61,500 bases of DNA from Candidatus Nomurabacteria bacterium RIFCSPHIGHO2_02_40_30 (GTDB lineage Bacteria > Patescibacteriota > Minisyncoccia > Phycocordibacterales > UBA9973): contig MFTV01000009.1 in assembly GCA_001785445.1 (NCBI GenBank), positions 1-61,500 on the forward strand, read 5' to 3'. Under the pieces are notes generated by a model. That model did not search any database and was not told where the DNA came from. It saw only the letters and a program-made list of their open reading frames with translations. A program made the translations under genes and the position numbers. Within the stretch, counting starts at the first letter, position 1, and each line of letters starts with the position of its first letter. Below, one piece after another: positions 8,121 through 16,574 of the stretch.

Positions 8121-8336
8121 ATAAACCTCAAGGAACAAACGCCCCGCCCTAATACGGAAACGCCAGCCTCTATACTAGAGAACTGGCATTTAGGTTGTTA
8201 CTATTGATTTTAGATTTTTACAGCGCAAAAGTCAGCTCTCTATTTAAGAAAGCTGAGCAACATGCAGTCATTAAAGAAAATCTATTTTCCCCTATATTTT
8301 TATTCACAATTAGACTTTAGCATAAAAAATAAAGAG

Positions 8337-8365
8337 TTGCAAATTGTGCCTGTTTCTGCTATATT
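8337..8365 (+). promoter_or_regulatory. Promoter TTGCAA-17 nt-TGC TATATT, with the -10 ending 6 nt before the rpsB ATG
   Basis: TTGCAA is at 8337-8342 and TATATT at 8360-8365, preceded by TGC. ATG is at 8372. Confidence 0.6.
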
Positions 8366-8371
8366 GTTTTC

Positions 8372-9091
8372 ATGCAAAAAACGGAAAATAAGAGCAATGA
8401 CGCCGTAGAACAAATGTTCAAAGCCGGCGTCCAGTATGGCTATTCAAAAACAAGGAGACACCCGAGCCTCTCTCCGTATATATATGCCACAAAAAACAAA
8501 ACCGATATAATAAATCTTGAAAAGACAAGTATCCTGCTCCACAATGCTTGTGAGTTCGTAAAAGGTTTGGGAGCACAGGGCAAAGTGGTGCTTTTTGTCG
8601 GGACGAAACCTGAAGCAAAGGTAGTAATTAAAGCTGTGGCAGAGTCTATCGGCATGCCCTACGTAACCACCCGCTGGATTGGCGGCACTCTTTCCAACTT
8701 TACAGAAATAAAAAAGAGGATTACTGAATTAGAAACTTACCGCAAGGATAGTTTGGAGGGCGGACTGGACAAGTATACGAAAAAAGAAAGAGTGGTACTG
8801 GCCAAGAAAATGGAAAAACTTTCCAAATATTATTCCGGACTTATCGGGCTCAAAAAGACTCCAGACGCATTGTTTGTCATAGATGCGAAAGCGGAACATA
8901 TTGCGGTAACCGAAGCTTTAAAAGGAGATGTCGCCGTTGTCTCTCTGGTTAATTCTGATTCAAATATCAAAGGCATAAACTACCCGATAGTAGGCAATGA
9001 TTCCGGTATACCCTCAATAAAGTTTTTCACAGAATCTATCGCTAAAGCCTACAAAGAAAGTCAGCATACAGTGCCTGATAAAACATCTTAA
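8372..9091 (+). CDS. rpsB: 30S ribosomal protein S2
   Basis: AGVQYGYSKTRRHPSLSPYIY..DIINLEKT, and the conserved rpsB-tsf pairing. An alternative start at Met15 is possible. Confidence 0.95.
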   Translation: MQKTENKSNDAVEQMFKAGVQYGYSKTRRHPSLSPYIYATKNKTDIINLEKTSILLHNACEFVKGLGAQGKVVLFVGTKPEAKVVIKAVAESIGMPYVTTRWIGGTLSNFTEIKKRITELETYRKDSLEGGLDKYTKKERVVLAKKMEKLSKYYSGLIGLKKTPDALFVIDAKAEHIAVTEALKGDVAVVSLVNSDSNIKGINYPIVGNDSGIPSIKFFTESIAKAYKESQHTVPDKTS

Positions 9092-9097
9092 GTTAAT

Positions 9098-9877
9098 ATG
9101 TCTGTACAAATTACAACAGAGCAAATAAAAGAGCTCCGGGATGCTACTGGCATATCTGTAATGCAGTGCAAACGCGCCTTGGAAGAGGCCGAGGGTGACA
9201 TGAAAAAAGCCTTGGCTATCTTGAAGAAAACCAGCTCTGATATCGCTTTAAAGAAAGTAGGCCGAGAAGCCAAGGACGGTGCAGTGACTATAAAAAATAA
9301 GGACAAAAAAGCTGTGCTAGTGGCTCTGCACTGTGAGACAGACTTCGTGTCTAGAAATGAAGACTTTTTGAATTTGCTTGATAAATTGGGAGATTTAGCT
9401 CTCTCTGTCGGCGTAGAGAAAATGAGAGCAAATGCAAAGGAGATGATAGACACAGTAATTCAAAAAACCGGAGAAAATATACAGCTTGGTGATACTTATG
9501 AAGTGAATGGAGAAATTTTAGGAACTTATACCCACAACAACAAGACAGGTGTGATTGTCTCTCTATCAGGAGGAGATAAAGAACTTGCGAGAGACATCGC
9601 TATGCACATAACAGCCATGAAACCAGAATACATGTCGGCAGATGAGATAACTCCTGACGCAAAACAAACAATGACAGAAATTTTTGAAAAGGAAGTTGCT
9701 AGTATCGATAAACCGGCAGAGATAAAAAAGAAGATGCTGGATGGCAAAATAAGTACCTACTTTAAAGAAAAGACTTTGCTGGAACAGCCTTTTATTAAAG
9801 ATGGAGAACAGACAGTCGGCAAGCTTCTGGAGAAAAACAAGGCTAAAATAACAGAAGTAAAGCGTTATTCTATTTAA
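9098..9877 (+). CDS. tsf: Elongation factor Ts
   Basis: The N-terminal UBA-like IKELRDATGISVMQCKRALEEAEGDMKKAL is typical of EF-Ts. Confidence 0.95.
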   Translation: MSVQITTEQIKELRDATGISVMQCKRALEEAEGDMKKALAILKKTSSDIALKKVGREAKDGAVTIKNKDKKAVLVALHCETDFVSRNEDFLNLLDKLGDLALSVGVEKMRANAKEMIDTVIQKTGENIQLGDTYEVNGEILGTYTHNNKTGVIVSLSGGDKELARDIAMHITAMKPEYMSADEITPDAKQTMTEIFEKEVASIDKPAEIKKKMLDGKISTYFKEKTLLEQPFIKDGEQTVGKLLEKNKAKITEVKRYSI

Positions 9878-9885
9878 AAATATGT

Positions 9886-9971
9886 ATCCCGTTAGAAATC
9901 ATATGGTTAAAAATTTTATAAAAATTAATTTAAGTACGGAAATGCAGAGCATTTCCTATTTCTAACGGGAT
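9886..9971 (+). promoter_or_regulatory. Inverted-repeat bracket A: ATCCCGTTAGAAAT ... ATTTCTAACGGGAT(G)
   Basis: Arms at 9886-9899 and 9958-9971 are perfect 14-nt complements. The proximal arm includes the A and T of ATG 9970. An inner hairpin GGAAATGC-AGA-GCATTTCC lies at 9938-9956. Confidence 0.8.
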
Positions 9972-10365
9972 GTATATCATATTAACTTCATTCTTTGTGT
10001 CGCTCATAGGCATCGTCATCATGATCGGACGCAAATTGGAAGTTGTGGAGAACGGGCAGATGCCAGATAATGGCTACAAGCATCCTTTCGTGGGAGATAT
10101 GCAAAATATAAAAGAAATAATTACCGTAAACACAAAAAAGTACGGACACTTGACTGTGGTAACTATTCTGCGATTTTATATTCGGGGGACAAATCTTTTA
10201 AAAAATAGCTACGAGAAAATTAAAATTAAAATAGATAACATAGGCAAGGACAAGCACGCAGACGGTGAAAAGAAAGAAATTTCCAAATTTTTAAAGATTA
10301 TAGGAGACTATAAACACAAAATCAGGGAAATTAAGCACAAAATTAAGGAAGAGGAAAATTTGTAA
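9970..10365 (+). CDS. Hypothetical membrane-anchored protein with a K/E-rich tail
   Basis: N-terminal TM helix (IILTSFFVSLIGIVIMI) and a lysine-rich C-terminus. I recognise no family. Confidence 0.5.
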   Translation: MYIILTSFFVSLIGIVIMIGRKLEVVENGQMPDNGYKHPFVGDMQNIKEIITVNTKKYGHLTVVTILRFYIRGTNLLKNSYEKIKIKIDNIGKDKHADGEKKEISKFLKIIGDYKHKIREIKHKIKEEENL

Positions 10366-10385
10366 ATGTGCTAGGATGTCTTCAT

Positions 10386-10460
10386 GCCGGGATAGCTCAA
10401 TGGTAGAGCAACTGTTTTGTAAACAGTAGGTTGTAGGTTCGAGTCCTATTCCCGGCTCCA
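10386..10460 (+). tRNA. tRNA-Thr (anticodon UGU), CCA encoded
   Basis: Manual cloverleaf: GCCGGGA/TCCCGGC acceptor, GCTC/GAGC D-stem, ACTGT-TTTGTAA-ACAGT anticodon arm, GTAGG-TTCGAGT-CCTAT T-arm, T-CCA end; 75 nt. Confidence 0.9.
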
Positions 10461-10461
10461 G

Positions 10462-11142
10462 TTAATTGCTCTTTTGAGTGTTCTCTTCTGGCTTTGTTTC
10501 CTGAAGCTTGAAAGACTTTTTAATCAGAGCTTCAAGCTCATCAATGCCATGAAAGCCGGTCAATACTTCGTCGTCTATGACCAATGCCGGCAAAGCCGTG
10601 TCTTTGATTTTATAAATTTGCAGCATCGCTTTGACAGCGGACAGGTCAGTACTATAGTCGAAAGAATACACCCGTAATTGCTGATATTTACTACGAAGCT
10701 CGGTCAGTACCAATGCTTCTTTCTCACATAAACTGCAATTCTCGGCTGTGGTGTAGAAATAAAGGATGAATGACGATTTGACCCCGCAACGCGCGGAGAT
10801 TTTCTTCATTAATAAATAGTCCTTAATCTGCAATAGAGAATAGTATTTCTTCAAATAAGACACTTCTTCAGTAGCGCCTAAATTACGTTCACTCCACTCC
10901 AGCTTACTTCCTAGCTCTGCGAGCTCACCGGAGAAAACAGAATCAGAAATGTTTTTACAAGAAAGTTCGGAAAGCAGTGAAAATTGAGTTTCGGAAGAAA
11001 GGATGTCAATAGCTATTTTGTCTTGAATTGACTTAAGCTGATCGATTTTTCTTTCACCGAAATAATTGCTCACATAACTGGCCGAAAGGAATAAACTTAC
11101 GGTAATTAAAAATACAATTAAATATTTTTTCCAATCAATCAT
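10462..11142 (-). CDS. Membrane-anchored thioredoxin-fold protein (CSLC active-site-like motif)
   Basis: N-terminal TM helix, then ..ILYFYTTAENCSLCEKEALVL.. followed by ..LPALVIDDEVLTGF.., which is Trx/glutaredoxin-like topology. Confidence 0.5.
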   Translation of the reverse strand: MIDWKKYLIVFLITVSLFLSASYVSNYFGERKIDQLKSIQDKIAIDILSSETQFSLLSELSCKNISDSVFSGELAELGSKLEWSERNLGATEEVSYLKKYYSLLQIKDYLLMKKISARCGVKSSFILYFYTTAENCSLCEKEALVLTELRSKYQQLRVYSFDYSTDLSAVKAMLQIYKIKDTALPALVIDDEVLTGFHGIDELEALIKKSFKLQETKPEENTQKSN

Positions 11143-11208
11143 CCCAGTACTAAAATTTTATTAATAATTTTCATTTTTATTTCCCGTAATCAAAAATTTA
11201 GTACGGGA
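11142..11208 (-). promoter_or_regulatory. Inverted-repeat bracket E (variant arms: TCCCGTACTAAATTT ... AAATTTTAGTACTGGGA-TG)
   Basis: Arms at 11194-11208 and 11142-11158 pair over 15 bp with two single-A bulges. The proximal arm again ends on the start codon (ATG 11142-11140). There is a local alternative hairpin CCCGTA/TACGGG (11183-11188 / 11202-11207). Confidence 0.6.
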
Positions 11209-11219
11209 CAGGTAAATTT

Positions 11220-12464
11220 TTATCTCCAAGCCGGCTTCCTCTGCAGGACAGTATTATAAACCGCTTTCATCAGCCAAAACGGAGCAATCAAGCTAAAAAC
11301 TGGGAAAAAATAAAGCATATATAGAGACAACCCCCACTTGCCTTCAGTCATTCTTCTGCCAAAAATCATGGCAAAGACAACTAATAGGTAAATAAAAACA
11401 ACCAAAAAAATGAATGACTGCGAATTTATAAAGAAAGTATCGGGATAAAAATTAGCAGATGAGAAATGCCAGCCTACAGTATTAAAAACATTAATCTTCG
11501 CATATATAAAATCTCCAATATTGTAAACTATTCGGACGAAAAGATACGCCACGGATACAATAGAAATAACTCCCATAGGCAAAGTAAAAAGAGAAAAATT
11601 TCCGTATTGTTTTTTAAATAAGACACTCCTGTAGTCAATGGTGTTGTTAATAAATCCATAAATCCAGCGCAATCTCTGTCTATAAAGTTTCTTTATAGTG
11701 GTCGGCGTATTGGTGTATACATAAGCATCGTTGCAATGCTCTATTCTATATTTATTCTTCTGCATTCTATAAGCAATTTCCATATCTTCCGTGTTGTGAC
11801 CATGCCGATACGGACCCAAGTCGTCGAATACCTTTTTTCTGAAAATAGTCAGCGGCCCTGGGGTCACATTGATAGCCCCCAGAAAACCAAGCATTTTTTT
11901 AAGGTAAACACTCATATTGTATTCGGCTTTCTGCGCATTTTGAATAAAAGTTTTTGAATTATAAGCTATTACCGAAGGAGCCACAGCCATTATTTCCGAG
12001 TCTTTATCAAAATAACTCATTATGCGAACTAAAGACTCTCGGTCTGCAAATGAGTCAGCGTCAAGACCGCCAAAAAAGTCAGTCTCGGTATGGAGAAGCC
12101 CTAGGTTGAGCGCAGTGTATTTGCCGCCATTTTCTTTATGAAAAACTTTTACATTCGGAAATTGGCTGAATTTGTTAATGACGTTGAAAGTACTGTCAGT
12201 GGAACCGTCATCAACCAAAAGAATTTTTAATTTATCTTTTGGATAAGTCAAATCAAGAAGCGAGTTAACTGTCCTCTCTACTGTATGTTCTTCATTCCAA
12301 CATGGCACCACAATAGTGACTGAAGGATAGCTACTAAGGCTGACCTTGCTATTCCGGATAATTATTTTTTTTCTATTTTGGAGAAAGGTAACAAAGAAAA
12401 AGACCTGTACGTACACAGATAAAAAGATCAATATATAAAATATCACACTAAAGATTGAAGCCAT
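11220..12464 (-). CDS. Family 2 glycosyltransferase, processive type (PgaC/IcaA/chitin-synthase-like)
   Basis: VTIVVPCWNEE, LVDDGSTD, DADS and QRLRW (QxxRW) motifs, plus N- and C-terminal TM helices. Confidence 0.8.
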   Translation of the reverse strand: MASIFSVIFYILIFLSVYVQVFFFVTFLQNRKKIIIRNSKVSLSSYPSVTIVVPCWNEEHTVERTVNSLLDLTYPKDKLKILLVDDGSTDSTFNVINKFSQFPNVKVFHKENGGKYTALNLGLLHTETDFFGGLDADSFADRESLVRIMSYFDKDSEIMAVAPSVIAYNSKTFIQNAQKAEYNMSVYLKKMLGFLGAINVTPGPLTIFRKKVFDDLGPYRHGHNTEDMEIAYRMQKNKYRIEHCNDAYVYTNTPTTIKKLYRQRLRWIYGFINNTIDYRSVLFKKQYGNFSLFTLPMGVISIVSVAYLFVRIVYNIGDFIYAKINVFNTVGWHFSSANFYPDTFFINSQSFIFLVVFIYLLVVFAMIFGRRMTEGKWGLSLYMLYFFPVFSLIAPFWLMKAVYNTVLQRKPAWR

Positions 12465-12508
12465 AAGCTTCTTTTCAATATAGCATTTCTAGCTTTAAAC
12501 GCAAATAA

Positions 12509-12808
12509 CTACATGCCTCCTGTCATCTTTCCATCAGTGCCACAAGTATGTGCGCTCATGCATGTCTTGCACCTGCACCCAACAATCTTCATAACGGCTG
12601 CCACACCCACTAGCACATACACTACAACTTCAAACATTGCCCATGAACCGAGAAGCATGTGAACGACATTCCAAGAATCCGGCTTGCCCAAAAGCATACC
12701 AAGCCCCACTAAACCCCAATTCAAACCTCCGACAATTAACAAAATCTTACCAATCATCATCGGAGAGCAGCGACTCTTACCACAACCACAACCCATTGAA
12801 TTACACAT
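12509..12808 (-). CDS. DUF378-family small membrane protein with Cys-rich N- and C-terminal tails
   Basis: Core ..LLIVGGLNWGLVGLGML..WNVVHMLLG.. is DUF378-like. The tails are CNSMGCGCGKSRC and CRCKTCMSAHTC. Confidence 0.55.
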   Translation of the reverse strand: MCNSMGCGCGKSRCSPMMIGKILLIVGGLNWGLVGLGMLLGKPDSWNVVHMLLGSWAMFEVVVYVLVGVAAVMKIVGCRCKTCMSAHTCGTDGKMTGGM

Positions 12809-12862
12809 ATATTTTTTAATTATTATTAATAATAATAGAAGTATAGCACTATTTTTTTAAAA

Positions 12863-12871
12863 TGCTACAAT
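12863..12871 (+). promoter_or_regulatory. Extended -10 (TGCTACAAT) ending 6 nt before the DsbA-like ATG
   Basis: TGCTACAAT is at 12863-12871, then aagtaa, then ATG 12878. Confidence 0.5.
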
Positions 12872-12877
12872 AAGTAA

Positions 12878-13555
12878 ATGGAAAATAACAACCAAAAACA
12901 AATAGCTGGGGCAATAGTTATAGCCGGTATTATTATCGGTGGAGCAATTCTACTCAAAGGAACATCGGCGCCGTCAGTTATCCCTTCCGGAAGTACGGAA
13001 AATACTTTTTCCGGCAGAGCTGTATCGGCAAATGACCATATTCTAGGAAGTGCGGCTGCAAAAATAATTATAGTGGAATATTCGGACCTTGAGTGTCCAT
13101 ATTGCAAAGTATTCCACAACACCATGCACCAGATAGTGGAAGGGAGCGGAGGTAAGGTGGCTTGGGTATACAGACATTATCCAATTGCCGAACTTCATCC
13201 AAAAGCTTTTCATGAATCAGAAGCCACGGAGTGCGCTTACGAGCAAGGCGGCAACGATGCCTTCTGGAAATATACCGACAGAATTTTTGAGGTTACAGAG
13301 TCTAACAATGGCCTCGAAGCAAGTGAGCTTCCAAAGATTGCAGAATACGTGGGACTTAACGTGAATGCCTTTAACACATGTCTTGCAAGTGGAAAATTCA
13401 AAGAAAAAGTTCAGGCTGATGTCGCTGACGGACTCAAAGCCGGAGTAAATGGAACACCGTCTTCTTTCATTTTAGTAAAAGGCAAGCTCGTAGACACTGT
13501 CCCCGGCGCCCAGCCCTACGAGACGTTGATGCAAAGACTCGGCAAGATAAAATAA
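12878..13555 (+). CDS. DsbA-family thiol:disulfide oxidoreductase
   Basis: N-terminal TM anchor and IIIVEYSDLECPYCKVFH (CPYC active site), which is DsbA/thioredoxin-fold layout. Confidence 0.75.
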   Translation: MENNNQKQIAGAIVIAGIIIGGAILLKGTSAPSVIPSGSTENTFSGRAVSANDHILGSAAAKIIIVEYSDLECPYCKVFHNTMHQIVEGSGGKVAWVYRHYPIAELHPKAFHESEATECAYEQGGNDAFWKYTDRIFEVTESNNGLEASELPKIAEYVGLNVNAFNTCLASGKFKEKVQADVADGLKAGVNGTPSSFILVKGKLVDTVPGAQPYETLMQRLGKIK

Positions 13556-13645
13556 ATTAGTCGAAGTATAACTGGGTACAATATTTCGACTTCACTCGGA
13601 CATTGTGTAAGTAAACTTACACATGCTCCTCGCTAGTCGAAATAG
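13556..13645. terminator. Nested hairpins in the convergent DsbA / rpoD intergenic region
   Basis: TGTGTAAGT/ACTTACACA (13604-13623) is nested inside TATTTCGACT (13582-13591) / AGTCGAAATA (13635-13644). There is no clear U-tract. Confidence 0.35.
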
Positions 13646-14850
13646 TTTTTTAAACGAGAGATTTTGTCGTGCTGACGAAGTTTTTCGTGCACTTTCGCTT
13701 CGATCTGACGAATGCGTTCGCGGGTCACGCCAAACTCTTCCCCCACTCGCTCGAGGGTATGCTGGATGCCGTCGAGAAGCCCATAACGCATCTCAAGGAT
13801 TTTTCTTTCTTTTGGATTGAGTTCATCTAGAACTTCGCGGATTTGGTCGGACAAAATTCTTCGGGAAGACTCCTGGTCGGGGCGAAGAATTTTATCATCC
13901 GGAATAAAGTTTTCCAGAGTTGATTTATCGTCATCGTCTCCTACCGGCTGTTCTAGCGATACAGTTTCTTGAGAAATATTTTCAATAACATGAATCTTCT
14001 CCACTGGAATGCCCATTTCGGTAGCTATTTCTTCGGCTAATGGCTCCCGTCCCAAGTCTTGACTAAGCCTTCTGTGCGTCTGTTTGTATTTTGAAATTGT
14101 CTCTACCATGTGTACCGGTATGCGTATAGTACGAGACTGGTCAGCCAAGGCACGAGTGATGGACTGGCGAATCCACCAAGTGGCATAAGTGGAAAATTTA
14201 TATCCCTTAGTCCAGTCGAATTTTTCAACCGCTTTAAATAGACCTAAATTACCTTCCTGTATTAAGTCCAAAAGAGTCAAGTTGGCAGACCTCCCCACAT
14301 ACTTTTTGGCTATAGAAACAACTAAGCGCAAGTTCGCCCGAGCCAGCAGATTTTTCGCTTCCAAGTCTCCTTTTTCTATCCGTTTTGCAAGGTCTTTTTC
14401 AGCGCTCGCATGAATGAGAGGATACTGCCCTATTTCTTTTAAGTACATCTGAATGGAGTCATGCATGCTTCCTTTGTTTAAGTCCTTGTCAGTGAGGTCA
14501 ATATCAAGGTTGAGCAAATTCCCACCTTCAAGGACATCTATAGAGGCCTCGGAGAACTTTTCATAAAGCTCATCTAGAAACAAAATGTTATTCTCAATAT
14601 CAGGGAAAGTTTTCAGTATTTCATCATAAGTAATGAAGCCTCTTTTGCGTCCTTTCTCTATAAGCTCGTGCGACAATTTGTCCAGATTTTCCGCTTTTTT
14701 CTCGGCATAAGTCAGCTTTTTAACTTTAGCTTTCCCAGAGCGGGATTTTAGTCGAGACTTTTTAACCTTTTTTACCTTTTTAGGTTTTTTAAGTTTTTTG
14801 ACTTTTTTAACTACCTTCTTCTTACTTATTTTTTTCTTTTTCTTTTTCAT
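13633..14850 (-). CDS. rpoD: Primary sigma factor RpoD (sigma-70 family) with a poly-lysine N-terminal extension
   Basis: Region 2 [40 protein letters not shown] and a region 4 helix-turn-helix [19 protein letters not shown]. The first ~47 aa are almost all K. Confidence 0.95.
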   Translation of the reverse strand: MKKKKKKISKKKVVKKVKKLKKPKKVKKVKKSRLKSRSGKAKVKKLTYAEKKAENLDKLSHELIEKGRKRGFITYDEILKTFPDIENNILFLDELYEKFSEASIDVLEGGNLLNLDIDLTDKDLNKGSMHDSIQMYLKEIGQYPLIHASAEKDLAKRIEKGDLEAKNLLARANLRLVVSIAKKYVGRSANLTLLDLIQEGNLGLFKAVEKFDWTKGYKFSTYATWWIRQSITRALADQSRTIRIPVHMVETISKYKQTHRRLSQDLGREPLAEEIATEMGIPVEKIHVIENISQETVSLEQPVGDDDDKSTLENFIPDDKILRPDQESSRRILSDQIREVLDELNPKERKILEMRYGLLDGIQHTLERVGEEFGVTRERIRQIEAKVHEKLRQHDKISRLKNYFD

Positions 14851-14855
14851 ATTTT

Positions 14856-16565
14856 TTAACGTTTACTTTTAATTTCTTCTTTTCTTTTATTTATTTCATT
14901 TATCTTTTTTAAAATTTCCATTTCCTCGGTTTTATCTTTTATATTTTTCAGTTTCACCATTATCTGCAATAATTCTTCACTTAAATACTCTTCTTCGATA
15001 TTGAACAACATCTCCCGCACATCTTTTTCTAAATTTTCACTACCCCCATAGAATTCCTCTATTTCGTAAATTAAATCTTCTTTTATATTTTGATAATTTT
15101 CTTTTACTTTGGCTAATTTTTCAAAAATTATATTCGGGTCTACGATTTTCTTCTGTATACTCTCTTGCCAAAAGGCTATTCCTAGGAGCCGGCGTTCGAT
15201 CGGGTCTTTACGAAGTTTTTTCTCCACATTCACTCTGGCAGTCTTTATATCTTCTGTTTCAGCTTGTAGCTCTGCTTCAACTTTTTTTAAATCGTCTTGG
15301 AGCGCACTCTCCATTATGCCTGATAGGTCGCTTATTTTTTTAATGAAATGCATTTTTTCAATAGAGCTATCGAGCGCATTCACGAAAGGCAATACCAGAT
15401 CTTTTATTTCCCTGCCAGCTTTGCGCATATCTTTATTTTTCAAAACTTGCGCCGACATAAACTCTATAATGTGTTTTGAGTTACGAATCGCTTCTCGCCA
15501 CGCATCAGGGCCACCATTTAAAATTAAGTCTGCCGGATCCACCCCTTCTGGCAAGCTTGCCACCTTCACATCCATGCCTAAAGATAAAGCAATTTTCCCA
15601 GCTCTATTTGAGGCATTAAATCCAGCTTTATCGGCGTCAAAAGCAAGCACTATGTTATCCGAAAGACGACGAATAAGACCTAAATTATTTATCACATTTT
15701 CTTTAGAGACAGTAGAATCAGACAAAGCAGTGCCGCTGGTTGCCACTGTGTTCCTGTACCCTGCTTGATGCGAAAGCACCAAGTCCATCTGGCCTTCGAC
15801 TAAAATAGAAAAATTATTTTTGCGGATTGACTCTTTGGCTTTATCCAACCCGAAAAGCACAGATGACTTACTGAATATCGGGGTTTCCGGACTGTTTAAA
15901 TACTTGGCTGACTTACCATCGTCTACGAGAAGTCGGCCGGAAAAAGCGATGACACGTCCGCTGGTATCGCTAATTGGAAAAATAATCCTACCGCGAAATC
16001 TGTCATAAAAACCTTTATCTGTTTTTTTAGCGAGACCTGCTTTTTCTATTTCAATGTCAGAAAACCCTTTATTTTTAAGGTGAGAATAGAGTAGTCGCCA
16101 ATCATTCTTAATAAAACCAATTTGAAAATCTTTTATACTTTGCTCATTCAAGCCCCTAGATTTTAAATATGTTTCCGCATCTTTAGCTTCTTTTAGATTA
16201 CTCTCAAAAAACTTTGCCGACTCTTCCATTGCACGATAAAGTTTTTCTTTTTCACTCTCTTTTTCTTTGGCTTCTTTGGTGTAAACTTCGAGAACCACTC
16301 CGGCTTTATCCGCTAAAATTTTAAGCGCGCCTTTAAAATCAAGTCCTTCAAACTCTTCCACAAAAGTGAAGATGTCGCCGGAGGCGCCACAACCGAAACA
16401 ATAATAACTACCCCGAGAAGGCGAAACGAAAAAGCTCGGCGTCTTCTCGGAGTGAAAAGGACACTTGGCTTTCAAATTCGCGCCGGCTCGCTCTAGCTTT
16501 ATATAAGAAGAGACTACATCCTCTATCGAAAGTCTCTCCTTAATTTTGTCTACGGGAGAGTTCAT
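14856..16565 (-). CDS. dnaG: DNA primase DnaG
   Basis: Zinc ribbon [30 protein letters not shown] and a Toprim region ([16 protein letters not shown]). Confidence 0.95.
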   Translation of the reverse strand: MNSPVDKIKERLSIEDVVSSYIKLERAGANLKAKCPFHSEKTPSFFVSPSRGSYYCFGCGASGDIFTFVEEFEGLDFKGALKILADKAGVVLEVYTKEAKEKESEKEKLYRAMEESAKFFESNLKEAKDAETYLKSRGLNEQSIKDFQIGFIKNDWRLLYSHLKNKGFSDIEIEKAGLAKKTDKGFYDRFRGRIIFPISDTSGRVIAFSGRLLVDDGKSAKYLNSPETPIFSKSSVLFGLDKAKESIRKNNFSILVEGQMDLVLSHQAGYRNTVATSGTALSDSTVSKENVINNLGLIRRLSDNIVLAFDADKAGFNASNRAGKIALSLGMDVKVASLPEGVDPADLILNGGPDAWREAIRNSKHIIEFMSAQVLKNKDMRKAGREIKDLVLPFVNALDSSIEKMHFIKKISDLSGIMESALQDDLKKVEAELQAETEDIKTARVNVEKKLRKDPIERRLLGIAFWQESIQKKIVDPNIIFEKLAKVKENYQNIKEDLIYEIEEFYGGSENLEKDVREMLFNIEEEYLSEELLQIMVKLKNIKDKTEEMEILKKINEINKRKEEIKSKR

Positions 16566-16574
16566 AAATTTAAA

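Noticed and set aside
8121-8138. TTG-initiated extension (MFLEVY) of the Cys-rich ORF
   Set aside because: The in-frame ATG at 8120 is preceded by a GAGG motif at suitable spacing, and the TTG has no such signal.
14700-14850. Purine-rich AAA/AAG run considered as a DNA-level simple repeat or slippage tract
   Set aside because: It is in frame with rpoD and encodes the poly-lysine N-terminus. There is no exact tandem unit beyond codon-level redundancy.
15109-15768. Long antisense ORFs inside dnaG (15109-15768), rpoB (20705-21277), rpoC (16975-17469), ligA (42812-43408) and gyrB
   Set aside because: Each lies opposite a strongly supported conserved gene. They are S/F/I-rich shadow frames with no motifs or start signals.
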